From a virus (lineage: Duplodnaviria > Heunggongvirae > Uroviricota > Caudoviricetes): 35,244 bases of DNA. Where the stretch lies: IMG/VR virus record IMGVR_UViG_2740892431_000022. The stretch is one strand, 5' to 3'. Under the pieces are notes generated by a model. That model worked only from the letters and a program-made list of their open reading frames with translations, searched no databases and was not told the origin of the DNA. Below are positions 33,266-35,244 of the stretch, piece by piece. A program made the position numbers and the translations under genes. How positions within the stretch are numbered: position 1 is the first letter of the stretch; every line of letters starts with the position of its first letter.

Positions 33266-34359
33266 CAGAACCCGATTTTATTGAACGCGATGCCGACAAA
33301 ATCACGGCAGAAATGATTGCGAAGTATGAAGCGGATACCGGCAAAACGCTGTACCCGGCACAGGCAGAACGTCTGCTGATTGATCTGTGGGCCTATCGCG
33401 AAATGCTGGTCAGGGTTGCGGTACAGGAGGCAGCAAAGCAGAATCTGGTCGCCTTTGCCCGTGAGCCGATGATTGATTACCTCGGTGAACTGGTTGGTGT
33501 ATACCGTCTTGCCGCGCAGCCTGCCACCACCACGCTCCAGTTCTCCGTAGATGAGGCACTGGCCATTGATGTGCTGATCCCGGCAGGCACCCGCGTCAGC
33601 GCTTCCGACAGCGTTATTTTTGCCACCGATACAGATGTGGTACTGAAGGCCGGATTGCTGCTGGTCAATGTCACGTCCACCTGTACCGAACCCGGTACCG
33701 CTGGTAACGGCTGGCAACCTGCGCAGGTCAGTCAGTTACTCGATGAGATTGATAACGTCGACCTGCTGGTGAGCAATCTGACGGCCAGTTCCGGCGGTTC
33801 AGAACAGGAAGACGATGACAGGCTCCGGGAGCGTATCAGGCTGGCCCCGGAGTCATTCACCAATGCCGGAAGCCGTGGCGCATACCGCTTTCATGCCATG
33901 CAGGCCCATCCCAACATTGTCGATGTTGCTGTGCTTTCCCCGGTTCCCGGGACCGTAGATCTGTATCCGCTGCTCAGTACCGGTCTGCCGGACGGCGGTG
34001 TTCTCACGCTGGTAGAGAGTTTCTGCTCTGATGAGAAAGTCAGGCCACTCACTGATACAGTGCGGGCTAAAACACCAGTGAAGGTGGATTACACCATTGA
34101 AGCCAGGATTACGATCTATCGTGATCAGGATGCCAGGTCTGTAAAAGATGCCGCTAACAGCGCCATACAGAACTGGGTGGCATCACGTGCCGCCACGCTG
34201 GGGCGCGATATTGTCCCCAGCCAGATTATCAGTGCATTGTCCGTTTCCGGGGTGTACCAGGTTGAACTGGTGACACCGGCACTGCGGGTGGTGGCAGAAA
34301 ACGAATGGGCAAACTGTACGGCAATCACTCTTAACATGACTGGAGTGTCTGATGACTGA
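33256..34359 (+). CDS. Baseplate protein J
   Basis: 367 aa; conserved position after W. Confidence 0.85.
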   Translation: MALTEPDFIERDADKITAEMIAKYEADTGKTLYPAQAERLLIDLWAYREMLVRVAVQEAAKQNLVAFAREPMIDYLGELVGVYRLAAQPATTTLQFSVDEALAIDVLIPAGTRVSASDSVIFATDTDVVLKAGLLLVNVTSTCTEPGTAGNGWQPAQVSQLLDEIDNVDLLVSNLTASSGGSEQEDDDRLRERIRLAPESFTNAGSRGAYRFHAMQAHPNIVDVAVLSPVPGTVDLYPLLSTGLPDGGVLTLVESFCSDEKVRPLTDTVRAKTPVKVDYTIEARITIYRDQDARSVKDAANSAIQNWVASRAATLGRDIVPSQIISALSVSGVYQVELVTPALRVVAENEWANCTAITLNMTGVSDD

Positions 34360-34930
34360 GCCATTACAACTCCCGCCACCGCTTGAGGGTGATATCAGTC
34401 TCAGGACGCTGGGAAGACTGGCAGGACGGCTGGATAACATCGACCTGAGCGTACTGATGGTCTTTCTCGTCGATATCGTCGACAGTTCCGCGCTGCCATG
34501 GCTGGGCGAGCAGTTCTCACTGTCTGGCGATGGCTGGGAGCTGGCGGAATCGGACGATGTTCGCCGCATGCTTATAAAAGCAGCCATCGAACTGCACCGG
34601 TATAAAGGGACGCCGTGGTCAATCCGGGAAGTTATCCGCCGTTTTGGCTTTGGTGAAGTGGATCTGATTGAAGGCACAGGTCGTCTCAGTTACGACGGCA
34701 ATCGCAGCTATAACGGACTGTTTGTTCATGGAGATGCAGCCGCCTGGGCAGTTTATCGCGTTATTCTGAAACAGCCCATTACTAACGATCAGGCCGCGAT
34801 GCTGCGTCAGACGCTGGCTGCATTTGCACCGGCCTGCTGCCATCTGGCCAGCCTGGAGTATCAGTCTGTGGCCATTCGCTATAACAATACAGCCATCCAT
34901 GATGGCAGTTATAACCACGGGAGCAGTTGA
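34352..34930 (+). CDS. Tail protein I-like (baseplate)
   Basis: 192 aa between J and the tail-fibre gene. Confidence 0.78.
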   Translation: MTEPLQLPPPLEGDISLRTLGRLAGRLDNIDLSVLMVFLVDIVDSSALPWLGEQFSLSGDGWELAESDDVRRMLIKAAIELHRYKGTPWSIREVIRRFGFGEVDLIEGTGRLSYDGNRSYNGLFVHGDAAAWAVYRVILKQPITNDQAAMLRQTLAAFAPACCHLASLEYQSVAIRYNNTAIHDGSYNHGSS

Positions 34931-34932
34931 TT

Positions 34933-35244
34933 ATGGGAAACCTGAATGAAACAGAAAAGTGGGAAGAAAATATCTATCAACTGGAGACATCAGATCCGGT
35001 TCTGGGTGGTGCAGACGGGATATCAAATCGAGCCCCCCGGCAACTGGCAAACAGGACGAAATGGCTGAAGAAAAAAACGGAGGAAGCCGCACAGTCACTG
35101 GCTGAACACGTACGTTCCCGTAACCACCCGGACGCGACACTGACAGCTAAGGGGTTCACCCAACTGAGCAGTGCCACCAACAGCACCTCTGAAACGCTGG
35201 CCGCCACACCAAAAGCCGTCAAGGCTGCATACGACCTTGCAGCC
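34933..35244 (+). CDS. Tail fibre protein, N-terminal part (continues past the window end)
   Basis: ATG at 34933; open to the window end (104 codons checked by hand); N-terminus MGNLNETEKWEENIYQLETSDPVLGGADGISNRAPRQLANRTKWL typical of conserved tail-fibre N-termini. Confidence 0.8.
   Translation, partial: MGNLNETEKWEENIYQLETSDPVLGGADGISNRAPRQLANRTKWLKKKTEEAAQSLAEHVRSRNHPDATLTAKGFTQLSSATNSTSETLAATPKAVKAAYDLAA

Larger units (their letters stand above)
752..35244. mobile_element. Mu-like transposable prophage, left end to tail-fibre gene; right end outside window
   Basis: Contiguous DDE transposase A, AAA+ B, Gam, GemA-like, Mor-like, Ner-like and repressor genes followed by lysis, Mu-type head and contractile-tail genes; 5'-TG start at the junction; no integrase; inserted inside a coding gene. 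Confidence 0.85.

Overview
This window is the left junction and about 34.5 kb of a Mu-like transposable prophage inserted into a host gene that I read (from memory, not a search) as the 5' part of diguanylate cyclase dgcQ/yedQ; the junction is near 751/752 and the right end lies beyond the window. Layout: a leftward early operon (10135 down to 1860: Ner-like, wHTH, 304-aa protein, DDE transposase A, AAA+ B, Gam, small overlapping ORFs including a MazG-like and a Zn-ribbon protein, GemA-like, Mor-like), a divergent immunity region around 10140-10220 with a near-consensus early promoter and operator palindromes, then rightward late genes (lysis cassette, Mu-type head module, P2-family tail and baseplate genes, start of the tail fibre). 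The most interesting candidate for an undescribed system is a low-GC cargo block between the immunity region and the late genes: an XRE-HTH repressor-like gene translationally coupled to a 328-aa single-pass membrane protein, a 196-aa glycine-zipper membrane protein, and a convergent 158-aa P-loop protein. A second candidate is a 211-aa membrane protein with its own terminator and promoter, sitting where Mu carries its late activator C. No tRNA, rRNA, CRISPR array or integrase was seen. All functional calls rest on reading the translated ORFs and on recalled family signatures; no database search or computation was run, and start codons and coordinates were assigned by hand.
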